DNA from: Candidatus Multivoradales bacterium
GTDB lineage: Bacteria > Acidobacteriota > Thermoanaerobaculia > Multivoradales > Multivoraceae
Assembly: GCA_965223325.1 (NCBI GenBank)
Contig: CBDCWI010000001.1
Coordinates: 1,280,001 to 1,344,000 of the forward strand
DNA length: 64,000 nt
Direction of reading: 5' to 3'
Part shown: positions 27,667 to 38,084 of the stretch, in pieces
How positions within the stretch are numbered: position 1 is the stretch's first letter
Layout: each line of letters opens with the position of its first letter
The notes under the pieces: generated by a model
What the model was told of the DNA's origin: nothing
What the model saw: the letters and a program-made list of their open reading frames with translations, nothing else
Databases searched by the model: none
Translations under genes and position numbers: made by a program

Positions 27667-29322
27667 TCAGTTCGAGCCTAGGACCCAAATGCGGTCGCCG
27701 GACCGCGACTGACCGGAAAGAACGAGTTCCGGGTTGCCATCGCCGTCGAGATCCAACCATTGCGGGTCGGTCCAACGAACCTTCTCGGCCTCGGAGTCGC
27801 GATCGGCCGCCTGCGCGACGTCCTCTGTGTCTTCATCGACCTCGTTCGAAGAGGAACCACTGGCCCCCTCCGAGTCAACCGACACCGAAATCGCCAGCGA
27901 CTCACGCGGCGCCGCGCGCTCGAGTTGCATACTTTCAGTGGGAGCCGCTAGAAAAACGCCGCCCTTCCTTCCACCGTTGCCGGCATGAATCGCCAGGCGG
28001 TCCGAGACGAGAGCGAGGTCTAAGAGACCGTCGCCGGTTACATCACGGCCCCAAACCCAGTCTGCGAACGGCGGCTCGGGAAACAGAACGCGACGGCTAC
28101 GGTCGTTTGCGAACGAACCGTGTCCCGTTCCGCGAACCATCTCGACCTGGAGTTTCTTGCCGGAGAACCCCTCGCGCTGAAACAAGAGGAGGTCAACGAA
28201 CCCGTCACCGTCCAGGTCGGCAAGCTCCGAGCCGAGGTCTTGCCAAAGTCGGCTGATGGTTTCCACCGCCACCACGCTACGGTTGCCCTGACGGGTTCGG
28301 TCTGGACGGAGAGGATAGAGGCGCACCTTCTTGCGCTCGAATATCCCTACTTTGTCCGAGCGCAGCGCATGCACCAGCAACATCGGCTCCCCGCCAACAC
28401 GCACCGCACGACCGTAGACCGGCCGCTCGGCGCCCGGTGTGCTGAGAAAGAGGTCTTCGCTTTCGATGTGAGCGGCATCTGGGCCAGCGATCGTCATTCG
28501 GCGAACCGACCAACGGCCCGGGCCTTCCTCGACCGGCATGGTCAACAGCTCGAGCGTCTCGCTCGCGTTCTCTCCGCCGCCAGGAATCTGGAGCACCGCC
28601 GGGGTCTGGAGCCGAACCGCCCGACCGCTACGGCGGGCGCGCACCGGTAGCGCGACCGAAGCGACGACCCGACCCGGCCGACCGCCGCCAACGCGAACGA
28701 ACTCGAGCTGACCAACCGTTGGTATCGGCAAGAGCGCTCGCGCCGCTCCAGACCCGCCGTCGTCGGCCCGGGCGAGCAAGGGCTCAACGGTCGCAAGGTC
28801 AAAGAAGCGGCGCGCAAAGAGGATCCGCGGTACGCCATCCTGAACCCGGAGCAACTCGCCCGGGCGACCGAGCAGTGGCTCTTCTCTGCCGTCACCGTCG
28901 AGGTCGAGAGCAGCTGGTGTGCTGACCTCAGAATCGAGCCCACTGGCAAGCATTTCGACTTCGAAGCCCCCATCGCGCCCCAGGCCGACGGCGACCAGGC
29001 TTCGCTCTGACTCCCTACTCGACCGATGGCCCGCTTCCCCTCTCTCTTCGCTCTCCTCACCCGCCTCATCGCGATCACGCGGCTCGACCAACAGGAGCAG
29101 CTTGCAGCCGCCCGAGGAGTCACATAGACGGTTGCGCGCAACGATTCGCGCCGGAACGACGCCGTCAGGCGTCGTCACGGTGAGGGTGGTCTGGATCGCA
29201 CTCTCCTCTGCCCCCGCGGAACTCCCAGCCACGACCAGAGCGAGAGCCGCAACGCCAAGGACAACCCGAAGCACGACGCCAGGCCTGAAACGCCGCGCCA
29301 ACCACCCTGCCCGGCGCCTCAT
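27667..29322 (-). CDS. FG-GAP/VCBS repeat exported protein
   Basis: Signal peptide; DLDGDGREE, DLDGDGFVDL, DVTGDGLLDL, DLDGDGNPEL; 4-bp overlap with the upstream gene. Confidence 0.8.
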   Translation of the reverse strand: MRRRAGWLARRFRPGVVLRVVLGVAALALVVAGSSAGAEESAIQTTLTVTTPDGVVPARIVARNRLCDSSGGCKLLLLVEPRDRDEAGEESEERGEAGHRSSRESERSLVAVGLGRDGGFEVEMLASGLDSEVSTPAALDLDGDGREEPLLGRPGELLRVQDGVPRILFARRFFDLATVEPLLARADDGGSGAARALLPIPTVGQLEFVRVGGGRPGRVVASVALPVRARRSGRAVRLQTPAVLQIPGGGENASETLELLTMPVEEGPGRWSVRRMTIAGPDAAHIESEDLFLSTPGAERPVYGRAVRVGGEPMLLVHALRSDKVGIFERKKVRLYPLRPDRTRQGNRSVVAVETISRLWQDLGSELADLDGDGFVDLLLFQREGFSGKKLQVEMVRGTGHGSFANDRSRRVLFPEPPFADWVWGRDVTGDGLLDLALVSDRLAIHAGNGGRKGGVFLAAPTESMQLERAAPRESLAISVSVDSEGASGSSSNEVDEDTEDVAQAADRDSEAEKVRWTDPQWLDLDGDGNPELVLSGQSRSGDRIWVLGSN

Positions 29323-31136
29323 GAGCGGCCTCGACTGGTGTAGAGCTCGAGCCGAACCGGAACGCTGGCACCACGATCCTTTGCCTTTCCCGGTTGCATG
29401 ACGAGCAGATCCGAAAGTCCATCACCATCGAAGTCGGCGATACGCACCAACCCCAGGTTCTGCGGCGCACGCTTCAACTTGATTGTCAGATCGGGGGCCG
29501 TCGGGTACGAGCACCCGTCTCGACCGCGATGAATCGAAACGGTCTTGCCGCGCCCAAGCTGGACGAAGTCGGCCCTTCCGTCGCCGTCAAAGTCACCCGA
29601 AAACTGCGACAGCTGTCCAACCCGCAGGTCGGTCAAGCGCAAACGGAACTTGCCCGAAAGGTCAAGCCCGCTCACCGAGCGGAATTCACCGTTCGGCTGC
29701 TGGCAGTAGATGTGGAAGTCGAGACCGATGCTGATGCTTCTAGTTGCCAGAATGCGAACCGCCTGCAGCATCGAAAACTCGAGGGTCACCGTGATCAGGT
29801 CGGAGCGTCCGTCGCCATCGACGTCGCGGAAACCACCAGGAATGCGAAGCTCATCGTCTGATTCGCCTTGCGCCGCGTAACCAGTCGACTCGAACCGGGT
29901 GAGCGGTTGATCGGCAGGAGAAAGACCCTCCCCAGTTTCAAACACCCGGCGCACCATGGGTGGCTGTTTGGCCTCACGCATCGACTTGCGCATGCCGGCA
30001 TCTTGGTCGGCAAGGTTGGCTTCGCTCACCCACTCGGCGCGACCGTCGCCGTCGAGGTCGCCGAAATGTACGATCGCACGCTCGCTGGCGCCATCGCCAG
30101 CCGCCGACGCATCGAAGGGAAGCTCGTGCTCGGCCAGCGGCTCGACCGGTTCCGACCAATTCCAGTCGCCTCGATTGAGAAGCACGCGCAGCGACGACCA
30201 GCCGCCCGAGCGCAGCACGATGTCAGGCCGCCCGTCTCCGTTCGTATCCTCGACCGCAGGAAGCGGAATATCCCGAACCAGCGCGCCGGAGTCGGGCTCG
30301 GGCAGGCTCAGGCGAATCGGCGACGGTGGCTCGACAGGGGTCTCTGTCGCTAGCTCCGCCCCAGCCGCCGCGTCTCGCGTTCTCAGCCACAAGGCCAGGT
30401 CGGCGCCGCTCCAGAGTGCCGCCTCTTCAGTCCCGGGCACGAAAAGGTCGAGAACGCCGTCGCCATCGAAGTCCTGCACCAGGCGCAGGTCGGGCAGCAT
30501 CGTCTGCGAGCCCCGCATCGCCGGCGCGAACTCGAGAAGCGGCTCGAGCAGTGCGCTCCACAGGTCGCCCTGAGGACCGTCATCTGCCCCCTCTGGCCGC
30601 TTCTCTATCACCAGGCGCGAGACGCCGTCATCGGTGAGCGCAATGACGGCAATTCCCTCGGGCCCCGGCCCCACTGAGAGCACTGATTTGTCGAGTTCCA
30701 GGGGCCTCGCTGCGATCTGGAAGCCGCCCTCGGGCAAGCCGCGCAGCAGATGCAGTTCGCGACGATCGACGAGCGCCGGCACGATGGTCAACATCTCGAC
30801 GACGCCTTCGACACCGTCCACGTCGACCTCCTCTTCAATGCCCAACTGGTCCATCTCGGTGAACGCGAGCACGATCGCCAGATCACCAAGGCCATCGCCG
30901 TCGAGATCAGCCGGCACGACACCGGCGGGAACTCCCGGGAGATCGATCGTGTGCGCAGCCAGATCGAGCCGCCCCCGCGCCTGGCCGAGGAGCGCAGCCA
31001 CAGGAACGACCCCCAGACAGAGCACCAGCGCCAAAGGCCGAACGCATACCCAGCCCGCAGACGGGCCGGGTATGCGTTGCCGGCGATCGACAGGTCTGCT
31101 GAGACGCCAATCGAGAAGGGACGAACTAGAGGCCAT
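29319..31136 (-). CDS. FG-GAP/VCBS repeat exported protein
   Basis: Seven DxDGDG-type motifs; hydrophobic signal-like segment; start uncertain. Confidence 0.8.
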   Translation of the reverse strand: MASSSSLLDWRLSRPVDRRQRIPGPSAGWVCVRPLALVLCLGVVPVAALLGQARGRLDLAAHTIDLPGVPAGVVPADLDGDGLGDLAIVLAFTEMDQLGIEEEVDVDGVEGVVEMLTIVPALVDRRELHLLRGLPEGGFQIAARPLELDKSVLSVGPGPEGIAVIALTDDGVSRLVIEKRPEGADDGPQGDLWSALLEPLLEFAPAMRGSQTMLPDLRLVQDFDGDGVLDLFVPGTEEAALWSGADLALWLRTRDAAAGAELATETPVEPPSPIRLSLPEPDSGALVRDIPLPAVEDTNGDGRPDIVLRSGGWSSLRVLLNRGDWNWSEPVEPLAEHELPFDASAAGDGASERAIVHFGDLDGDGRAEWVSEANLADQDAGMRKSMREAKQPPMVRRVFETGEGLSPADQPLTRFESTGYAAQGESDDELRIPGGFRDVDGDGRSDLITVTLEFSMLQAVRILATRSISIGLDFHIYCQQPNGEFRSVSGLDLSGKFRLRLTDLRVGQLSQFSGDFDGDGRADFVQLGRGKTVSIHRGRDGCSYPTAPDLTIKLKRAPQNLGLVRIADFDGDGLSDLLVMQPGKAKDRGASVPVRLELYTSRGRS

Positions 31137-31254
31137 CAGTGCTCTCGCTCCTCTGCTGTCCTACAGCAATGAAGGTGCCATAGGAGAACGACCCAAAGGG
31201 CGTTTTGTTTCCGCACCGGCAGAAAAAGTGCCGGCTATGTCAGCGGCGAAGGGC

Positions 31255-32607
31255 TCAGCGACCGATCGCCACCAGCGAGTTTGTGGTCCTCCAGTACCAC
31301 ACCCCGTCGACCAGCGCCGGCGACGCGATGACACCCTCGCCCAGCGAATTCACGCTCTCGACCTCGAATTCGGGACCGCCCCGAATCACGAAGGTGTCGC
31401 CATCGTCGTTGGTGAAGAAAACCCGCCCGCCGACAGCGACCGGTGCTGCCGAGAAGCTCTCGCGTGCCGCCTTGCCGAGCCGTTCCTGCCAGACCACCTC
31501 TCCGCTCACTGCGTCGTAGACCGTTGCCACGCTCGCCATGTCATTGACCATGTACAGCCACGGACCGACGGCGATCGGCGCGGGAACGAACGGTGAGCCC
31601 TTCGGAGACGACCACACCACGTGAGTGTCGGTGACATTGCCGGAGCCGCCCGGCCGAATGGCAAGGGTCGGTCCGGCACGCCCCGAAGAGCAGAACACCA
31701 TGCCGTGGGCCACCACCGGCGTCGGAATGACCTCGAAGGTGTTGCCCTCTGCGTACCAGAGCTCCCGGCCGGTCGCCGGGTCGTAGGCCGTCACCTTCTT
31801 CTGGCCAGAGACGATGATCTCGTCACGCTCGGCGGTTCGAATCGCCACCGGCGAGTTCCACCCCACCTGGGCATCACGGGCAGTGCGCCAGAGTTCCCTA
31901 CCGGTTTCTTTCTCGAAAGCGGCAATGAAGGACCCGGGTTCACCACGCATGTCTTGGACCAGAATCACTGAGTCGCGGTAGAGCAGCGGCGAAGAGGCGG
32001 TGCCGTGAAAGGCCTCGAATGGCCCCATCGGTACGTGCCACACCATCTCACCATCGAAATCGAGTGCCATCAGACCGCTGTTGCCGAAGTAGACGTACAG
32101 GCGCTCGCCGTCGGTCGTGGGTGTCGAGCTGGCGTGGCCATTCTTGGGATAGGCACGCTCGGGCGCAGCCTCCGGCACGGCGGTCTTCCAGAGCAGCGCA
32201 CCGTCGGTGCGTCTAAAGGCCAGCACCTCGCGCGCCTGCCCACCGCGGTACGCCGTGGTGAGAAAGATCCGGTCACCGTGCACGATGGGCGACGAATTGC
32301 CGCTGCCCGGCACCTCGGTGCGCCAAAGGACGTTCTCAGTCGCCGACCAGCGCGTCGGGTAGGCGCGCTCCGGATCGGACGGAGCGTCAACCAGCCCCTG
32401 ACCCGAAGGCCCCCGCCAGCGCGGCCAGCCAAGCTCGCCTTCGACCTCGGCCGGAATCATCAGAGCGGTCGGTGGAGCGTCGGGCGAAGGCGCCGCAGCT
32501 CCAACGGCCTCCTCGCCACCCGCAGAAGGTTGGCAAGAGAGCAAGAGGGCTGCGATGAAGCCGGCGGAGCAACGCGACAAGGGCCAAGCGGACTTCTCGA
32601 AGGTCAT
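31255..32607 (-). CDS. PQQ-binding-like beta-propeller lipoprotein
   Basis: LLLSC lipobox; WPRWRGP; repeated SSP/STP and G..LW propeller motifs. Confidence 0.88.
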   Translation of the reverse strand: MTFEKSAWPLSRCSAGFIAALLLSCQPSAGGEEAVGAAAPSPDAPPTALMIPAEVEGELGWPRWRGPSGQGLVDAPSDPERAYPTRWSATENVLWRTEVPGSGNSSPIVHGDRIFLTTAYRGGQAREVLAFRRTDGALLWKTAVPEAAPERAYPKNGHASSTPTTDGERLYVYFGNSGLMALDFDGEMVWHVPMGPFEAFHGTASSPLLYRDSVILVQDMRGEPGSFIAAFEKETGRELWRTARDAQVGWNSPVAIRTAERDEIIVSGQKKVTAYDPATGRELWYAEGNTFEVIPTPVVAHGMVFCSSGRAGPTLAIRPGGSGNVTDTHVVWSSPKGSPFVPAPIAVGPWLYMVNDMASVATVYDAVSGEVVWQERLGKAARESFSAAPVAVGGRVFFTNDDGDTFVIRGGPEFEVESVNSLGEGVIASPALVDGVWYWRTTNSLVAIGR

Positions 32608-32697
32608 AGGCGAACTCCCTGGAGGGTGACTCCTGGGAGGATATCGACTCAGAAGGGGCGGCGTAGGACCGCTGGGGCGCGGGGACCAACGCCTCGA

Positions 32698-34383
32698 CTA
32701 GCGGTGCGTCGTGCCAGACGAGGCCGCTGACCAGAAGCGCAGATCTCCATGCTCGAAGTTGGCGACGAACAGGCGCTCCGGCGGATCGACGTGAATCGTG
32801 ATCGGAACTTCGTCGAAAAAGGCGCGATCGTCGACAAGGCGGGTGCTCTTGTAGACCAACGCCAACGAACGACCGTCCAACAGGCTGTCGGGAATCGACA
32901 GTTCGAGGGTGAAGTCATGACCGTCGGCAATCGCGCTGACCGTCGCGGCATAGTCGGCGCCGAACAGCGCATGCCGCTCGCCGTCGACCGAAAGCTCGAC
33001 GTCGTCGAGGCGTACGCCACCGGGCATATGACGCGTCCCGGTCTCGATCACCATCTGCGTCATGCCCTCCTCGAGGCCAACCGGCGAACGACCGGAGTGC
33101 CGGCGCATGCGGCACGGGACGCAGAACTCGGAACCCGGCGTGGGCAGATTGGTTTCACGCATCAACTCCTGACGACTGATCGGAAGCTCGTCGACAAGCG
33201 CCGTCTTCGAAACCGTCACGCTATGCGCCGGGTCTGGATAGCTCTGTACTTCGAAGACCGTATCGTCGAAGCCCAGGGCGATCGACAGCATGTCGTCGAT
33301 GTGATCGAAGCGTGAATCGAGAAACGGCGTGCCGTTGGCAGCCAGGTAGAAGCCATCCTGGGCCCAGACTACCGAGAGGGGCCTGCCAGCCTCGCCCATC
33401 GCAAACCATGACGCCAGCGACCCAGGAGAGCGATCTTCCCAACGTGTCAGCCAACCCGAGAGGAAGGCCGCCGAGAACGACGACCCTGGCGAGACCGGCT
33501 GGTAGAGGTCGGCCTCTTCGTCGATCAGCGCGAGACCCGAGCCGGGAATCAGAGCGTCGAAGCCGCCGGGCGTCGCCCGTGTTGGAACAGAAGAGAGCCC
33601 GTTCTGGGAGAAGTCCGTCATGTCGAGCATGCCAACGGCAATGGTCGACGGATCCGATGCCGGGAAGAGCAGCTCGTCGTGGTTGCCGGCCGCCGCGACC
33701 AGCGCGATCCCGCGTTCGTTGTGCAGGAACGCCATCAGCTTGCTCAGCTCGCAGGGAATCGAGTCGGGGGTCGCACAAGGTTCTTCGTCGAGCAGACGCC
33801 CGAAGCTCATGTTGATGACCTGCGGAAGCAGATCCCACTGGTGGTCATCGGCGATGCCACACAGTGACTCGAGGAAATGTAGGTCACTTGCGTCAGGAAT
33901 GTCTTCGAGCGCCGGCACCTTGGTGGTCTCGAGGAACTCGAAGTAGAGAAAACTCTCATGGTTCGAGGACCAGCGTGCGACCTTGTTGACCCAGAAGCCG
34001 TGCGAGCCCGTGAAGAAATCGACAATTGGAATGTCATCGACCAGGCCGGCGCGCGACGGGTTGTCGAAGGCACTTCGCCCCGGCATTTCGTTCGAACTGA
34101 CATCGGGTGCCAGGACCAGTGGCTGCGCCGTACCGGAAGCGACCGGCAAACAGCCGGGGGAACGCGCCGAGGCACCGAACTCATACTGACCGAACTCGCC
34201 GCAGGTCAGCGTACTCGCCGAGCGTGCAGTGCAGACCGAATCAACGCGCGCCCACGACACTGGCTCCTGGGCCTGGAGGGGCGAGAGGACCAGCAGTAGC
34301 GAGCCGCCAACGCACAAGAGGGCTCGCGGCACGAGGCGCCGGCAGGCGCCGGAGAGGGGCAAGTGAATCAAGGGGCAAAACAA
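32698..34383 (-). CDS. Divergent S8 subtilisin-like secreted protease with C-terminal FExGDL..WS tail
   Basis: IVD..SHG; VINMSFG; LVAAAGN; PGSSFSAAFLSG; tail LFVANFEHGDLRFWS. Confidence 0.72.
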   Translation of the reverse strand: MFCPLIHLPLSGACRRLVPRALLCVGGSLLLVLSPLQAQEPVSWARVDSVCTARSASTLTCGEFGQYEFGASARSPGCLPVASGTAQPLVLAPDVSSNEMPGRSAFDNPSRAGLVDDIPIVDFFTGSHGFWVNKVARWSSNHESFLYFEFLETTKVPALEDIPDASDLHFLESLCGIADDHQWDLLPQVINMSFGRLLDEEPCATPDSIPCELSKLMAFLHNERGIALVAAAGNHDELLFPASDPSTIAVGMLDMTDFSQNGLSSVPTRATPGGFDALIPGSGLALIDEEADLYQPVSPGSSFSAAFLSGWLTRWEDRSPGSLASWFAMGEAGRPLSVVWAQDGFYLAANGTPFLDSRFDHIDDMLSIALGFDDTVFEVQSYPDPAHSVTVSKTALVDELPISRQELMRETNLPTPGSEFCVPCRMRRHSGRSPVGLEEGMTQMVIETGTRHMPGGVRLDDVELSVDGERHALFGADYAATVSAIADGHDFTLELSIPDSLLDGRSLALVYKSTRLVDDRAFFDEVPITIHVDPPERLFVANFEHGDLRFWSAASSGTTHR

Positions 34384-34591
34384 GAAAGAGAATCAACAAA
34401 GAGCCATCACGACACCCGGGGGACTCACCGAGTCCCGAGGTCCTATCGGCCGCGCTACAACCAATCCAACATTGTATCATGGATATATAGCTAATATCTA
34501 ATGAATTCGGCAATCTGGCCAGGACAACCCATGGCGGGTAGCATCCGCGCGCAGCCATCCTCCCCCTCAGCTACCGCGAGAGCCCTTCGCC

Positions 34592-35377
34592 ATGGACTTT
34601 CTGACCCTCGACAACCTCGTCACCCTGGCCCTTCTAACCCTTCTCCAGGCCGTTCTGGGCTTCGACAACCTGCTCTACATCTCGCTCGAGTCGAAGCGCG
34701 CTCCGGTCGAAAAGCAGGCCTGGGTCCGCAGAATGGGCATCGCCATCGCGATCATCGCCCGGATCATCCTGCTCTTCCTCCTGGTCAACCTGATCAGCTA
34801 CTTCCAGGACCCGCTCTTTGACGTTCACCTGGGCTCCTTCGTCGAGGGCACGTTCAATCTGCATAGCCTGATCGTGCTCGCCGGCGGTGTGATGATCATG
34901 TACACGGCGACCAAGGAGATCTGGCACATGCTCAGTCTCGAGCACGCCGAGGAGGAGGACAAAGGCGAACGCTCGGTCGGGTCGATCGTCTTCTGGATCG
35001 TGCTCATGAACCTGGTGTTCTCGTTCGATTCGATCCTCAGTGCGATCGCTCTCACCGATGTGTTCTGGGTCATGGCCACCGCCATCATTGCCAGCGGCCT
35101 GATGATGATCTACCTCGCCGACACGGTGTCGGAGTTCTTGACCAGGAACCGGATGTACGAAGTGCTCGGTCTGTTCGTGCTTTTCATCGTCGGCATCATG
35201 CTGCTCTCCGAGGGTGGCCACCTGGCGCACCTGCACTTCTTCGGCAAAGAAATCGTGGCCATGGGCAAGGCGACGTTCTACTTCGTCATCGGCACTCTGG
35301 TGGTCGTCGAGATCGTGCAAAGCCGCTACCAGCGCAAGCTGTTGGCCAAGAAACAGCACGCCGCGGCCAGGAGCTAG
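34592..35377 (+). CDS. TerC family integral membrane protein
   Basis: LQAVLGFDNL; NLVFSFDSILSAIAL; about 7 TM helices. Confidence 0.9.
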   Translation: MDFLTLDNLVTLALLTLLQAVLGFDNLLYISLESKRAPVEKQAWVRRMGIAIAIIARIILLFLLVNLISYFQDPLFDVHLGSFVEGTFNLHSLIVLAGGVMIMYTATKEIWHMLSLEHAEEEDKGERSVGSIVFWIVLMNLVFSFDSILSAIALTDVFWVMATAIIASGLMMIYLADTVSEFLTRNRMYEVLGLFVLFIVGIMLLSEGGHLAHLHFFGKEIVAMGKATFYFVIGTLVVVEIVQSRYQRKLLAKKQHAAARS

Positions 35378-35382
35378 TTGCC

Positions 35383-36345
35383 TCAGGCGCCCGGATACGA
35401 CGACTGGGTTCCGGGCCGACAGACCGACTCGCTGGCGTAGGCGACGGCTGCGGCCAGGGCGCGCGCAAGCTTTTGTGGTGCGTGCCAATCGAGCGGCAGG
35501 TCACCGAGAAGCGCTGCTGCGAGGGCACCGTTCCAGGCGTCACCAGCGCCCGTCGTGTCGATTGCCTGGACACTGGGGGCGGGCTCTTCAATGACTTGTT
35601 CGCCGAGTACCGCCAGCGCACCATGCGCACCGCGGGTGATGGCGACCAGGCTTCCGGTGTCTCGCGCGAGCTCACGGGCCGCGGCCGCCGTCTGGTCCCG
35701 GCTCGCGGCATCGAAACCACGACTCAAGAGACCGGCGGCTTCGACCTCGTTGGGCGTGACAAGAGCCGCCTGAGCGAGATCGAAAGGCGCCACGCTCCCG
35801 GCTGGGAAGGGCGCCGGGTTCCACACCAGCGGTACTCTCGCGATACTGGCGCGGCGGGCGACGGCAGCAATCGTCGCACCCGGGATCTCGTTGGGCATCA
35901 AAACCAGGTCGGCGTCTTCGACGGGCACCCCGGCCACCACCTCGGGGAGCAGCGCGAGGTTGGCGCCGGGTGCCGACAAGATGCGGTTCTGGCCCGTCGT
36001 CTCCTCGACCCACACCGCAGACGTACCGGTCGCACTACCCGGGACTACGACCAGGTGGGTGGTATCGATGCCCTCGCTCTCGAGCACCCCCCTTTGAATG
36101 CGGCCGAAGGCATCGTCTCCGATCGCTCCGGCAAACACGACGCGCAGATCGAGGCCGGCACGTTTCGCCGAGCGGGCGGCAGCAACCGCCTGGTTCGCAC
36201 CCTTGCCGCCAGGCGACTCGTAGAACACAGCCCCCACCACGCTCTCGCCTGCCTGCGGCAGTCGCTCATGGCGAAACATCAGGTCGTAGTTGACCGACCC
36301 CACCACCAGAAGCGTTGGCCGGGATGCTCTGGAAGTCTCGCCCAT
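35383..36345 (-). CDS. rbsK: Ribokinase (PfkB family)
   Basis: VVGSVNYD; PGGKGANQAVAA; NPAP; TPNEVEA; DTTGAGDAW. Confidence 0.88.
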   Translation of the reverse strand: MGETSRASRPTLLVVGSVNYDLMFRHERLPQAGESVVGAVFYESPGGKGANQAVAAARSAKRAGLDLRVVFAGAIGDDAFGRIQRGVLESEGIDTTHLVVVPGSATGTSAVWVEETTGQNRILSAPGANLALLPEVVAGVPVEDADLVLMPNEIPGATIAAVARRASIARVPLVWNPAPFPAGSVAPFDLAQAALVTPNEVEAAGLLSRGFDAASRDQTAAAARELARDTGSLVAITRGAHGALAVLGEQVIEEPAPSVQAIDTTGAGDAWNGALAAALLGDLPLDWHAPQKLARALAAAVAYASESVCRPGTQSSYPGA

Positions 36346-36353
36346 GACGACCC

Positions 36354-37334
36354 CTACTCGTAGACCTCGAGGTCGCGCGCCGTAGAGACCTGCCCGTTCC
36401 AGCGCTCCTTGACCTCTAGCACCATTTGCGCGTCGTCCTCACCCCAGTAGAGCTGGTGGTAGAGGACCAGCCGCCGCGGCTCAGCCCGACGTGCAATCTC
36501 GCCGACCTGGTGGGTCGAGGTGTGATTGGCGGCGTGGTAGCGCTGCCAGACAGCATTTCGACGACTGAAGCCGGCCACCGAGTAGGCCTCGTGAAAGAGT
36601 AGGTCACAGCCCTTGGCCGCCTCAATCAACGCCTCGCTAACGGCGGTGTCACCCGATATGACGATCGTCTTGGTTCTGCCGTCGCCGCCTGGAGGCGGAA
36701 CGGTGAACTTGTAGCCCAGTGCGAGCGGCCAGGAACCATGCGCGACTTCGATCGCCTCGACCTTGACCTCCGGTGTATCGAGGACGACACCGGCGCCCTC
36801 GACCTCATGGACGACGGTCCGGTAACCCGAACGGTTGGCGGGCTCGAGCCCGAACAGGCGCATATGAACGTCTTCTTGCCATGCGGCCTGAATGTGCTCG
36901 ACCATGCGCGCCGTACCGGGCGGTCCCCAGATCTCGAGTGGGCGCTGGCGTTCGAGCACCCATGGGGAGAAGATCAAGTCCGGCAGGCCGAGTGTGTGAT
37001 CGGAATGCAGGTGGGTCAGGAAAAGCCGGTCGAGATTCGGTGAGGCGAGCTGGGTCACCCCGCGAGCCTCGGCCGCCGCCGCGCGCCGAACGACGCCCGG
37101 ACCCGCATCGACGAGCAGCGCGCGCTCGCCAGCGATCACCGCTACCGCCGGGCCGGAACGTTCCGGATCCGCGTTGGGAGTGCCGGTACCGAGCATCACC
37201 ACACCAGCGCCGATAGTGCTCTCGCCGTCTCGTGCACCTAACGCGGAAAACGCCGACGCCGACGCCACGAGCGCCAGCAGAAGAGTTCTGCTAAAGGCAG
37301 CGCTGCAAGGGCGGAGGATCGGCATCGGCCCCAT
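36354..37334 (-). CDS. Secreted MBL-fold metallohydrolase (RNase Z/AtsA-like)
   Basis: Signal peptide; MLGTGTP; LVDAGPG; THLHSDH; ISGDT; HEA; NHT; the long upstream ORF extension is antisense to nthB. Confidence 0.87.
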   Translation of the reverse strand: MGPMPILRPCSAAFSRTLLLALVASASAFSALGARDGESTIGAGVVMLGTGTPNADPERSGPAVAVIAGERALLVDAGPGVVRRAAAAEARGVTQLASPNLDRLFLTHLHSDHTLGLPDLIFSPWVLERQRPLEIWGPPGTARMVEHIQAAWQEDVHMRLFGLEPANRSGYRTVVHEVEGAGVVLDTPEVKVEAIEVAHGSWPLALGYKFTVPPPGGDGRTKTIVISGDTAVSEALIEAAKGCDLLFHEAYSVAGFSRRNAVWQRYHAANHTSTHQVGEIARRAEPRRLVLYHQLYWGEDDAQMVLEVKERWNGQVSTARDLEVYE

Positions 37335-37406
37335 CGTACCCGCTGTTGGAGCCGGACTCCGCGAGTCAGTGGCCGAAGACCCCCGGGTCCCGCTACGCTC
37401 GGGTGC

Positions 37407-38084
37407 ATGGACGGAATCCACGACATGGGCGGCATGCATGGCTTCGGCGACGTACCGTTTCGCGCTGCCTACGAAAATGAACCACTGTTTCCCGAGCGCT
37501 GGCAGTCGCGCGTGTTTGCGCTGACCAACCTCGTCCTCGGCACCGGAATGGCCAACGTCGACTGTTTCCGCCACGCCGTCGAGAGGGTCGTACCCCAGCG
37601 CTACCTCGAGCACGGCTACTACGGCCGCTGGCTCGCCGGCCTCGAGCAACTGCTGGTCGAGAAAGGGGCCTTGAGCGAGCGCGAGCTCGCCGATCGCATC
37701 GCTTCCGTCATTCGAGACGGAGCACCTAGAGCGCCGGCCGGCGAAGCCCCGCGTCTCGAGTTGCGTGACCCAACCGTTTTCCGCCGGCTCGACCGGCCAC
37801 CGCGCTTTCAAACCGGAGACCGAGTGCGGACGGCCCGCGATGCTTCCCCCGGCCATACCCGCCTGCCACGCTATGCACGCGACCGGGTCGGCGAGATCCG
37901 GCGCGTATACCCCGCGTGCGTCTTCCCGGACACCAACGCCCACGATGAGGGTGAACAGCCGCAGTACCTCTACTCCGTCCAGTTTCGAGGTGAAGAGCTC
38001 TGGGGCAACGAGAGTGAACCCGGGGTAAAGGTGGCACTCGATCTCTTTGAGCCCTATCTCTCCCAGCGAGGCATCGAACAGTGA
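37407..38084 (+). CDS. nthB: Nitrile hydratase beta subunit
   Basis: [14 protein letters not shown]; RHAVER; YYGRWL; [10 protein letters not shown]; LYSVQF...LWG; DLFEPYL. Confidence 0.96.
   Translation: MDGIHDMGGMHGFGDVPFRAAYENEPLFPERWQSRVFALTNLVLGTGMANVDCFRHAVERVVPQRYLEHGYYGRWLAGLEQLLVEKGALSERELADRIASVIRDGAPRAPAGEAPRLELRDPTVFRRLDRPPRFQTGDRVRTARDASPGHTRLPRYARDRVGEIRRVYPACVFPDTNAHDEGEQPQYLYSVQFRGEELWGNESEPGVKVALDLFEPYLSQRGIEQ

Noticed and set aside
34530-34591. yybP-ykoY (Mn) riboswitch upstream of TerC
   Set aside because: Only a loose GGGTAGC...GCTACC pairing; the conserved core elements were not found.
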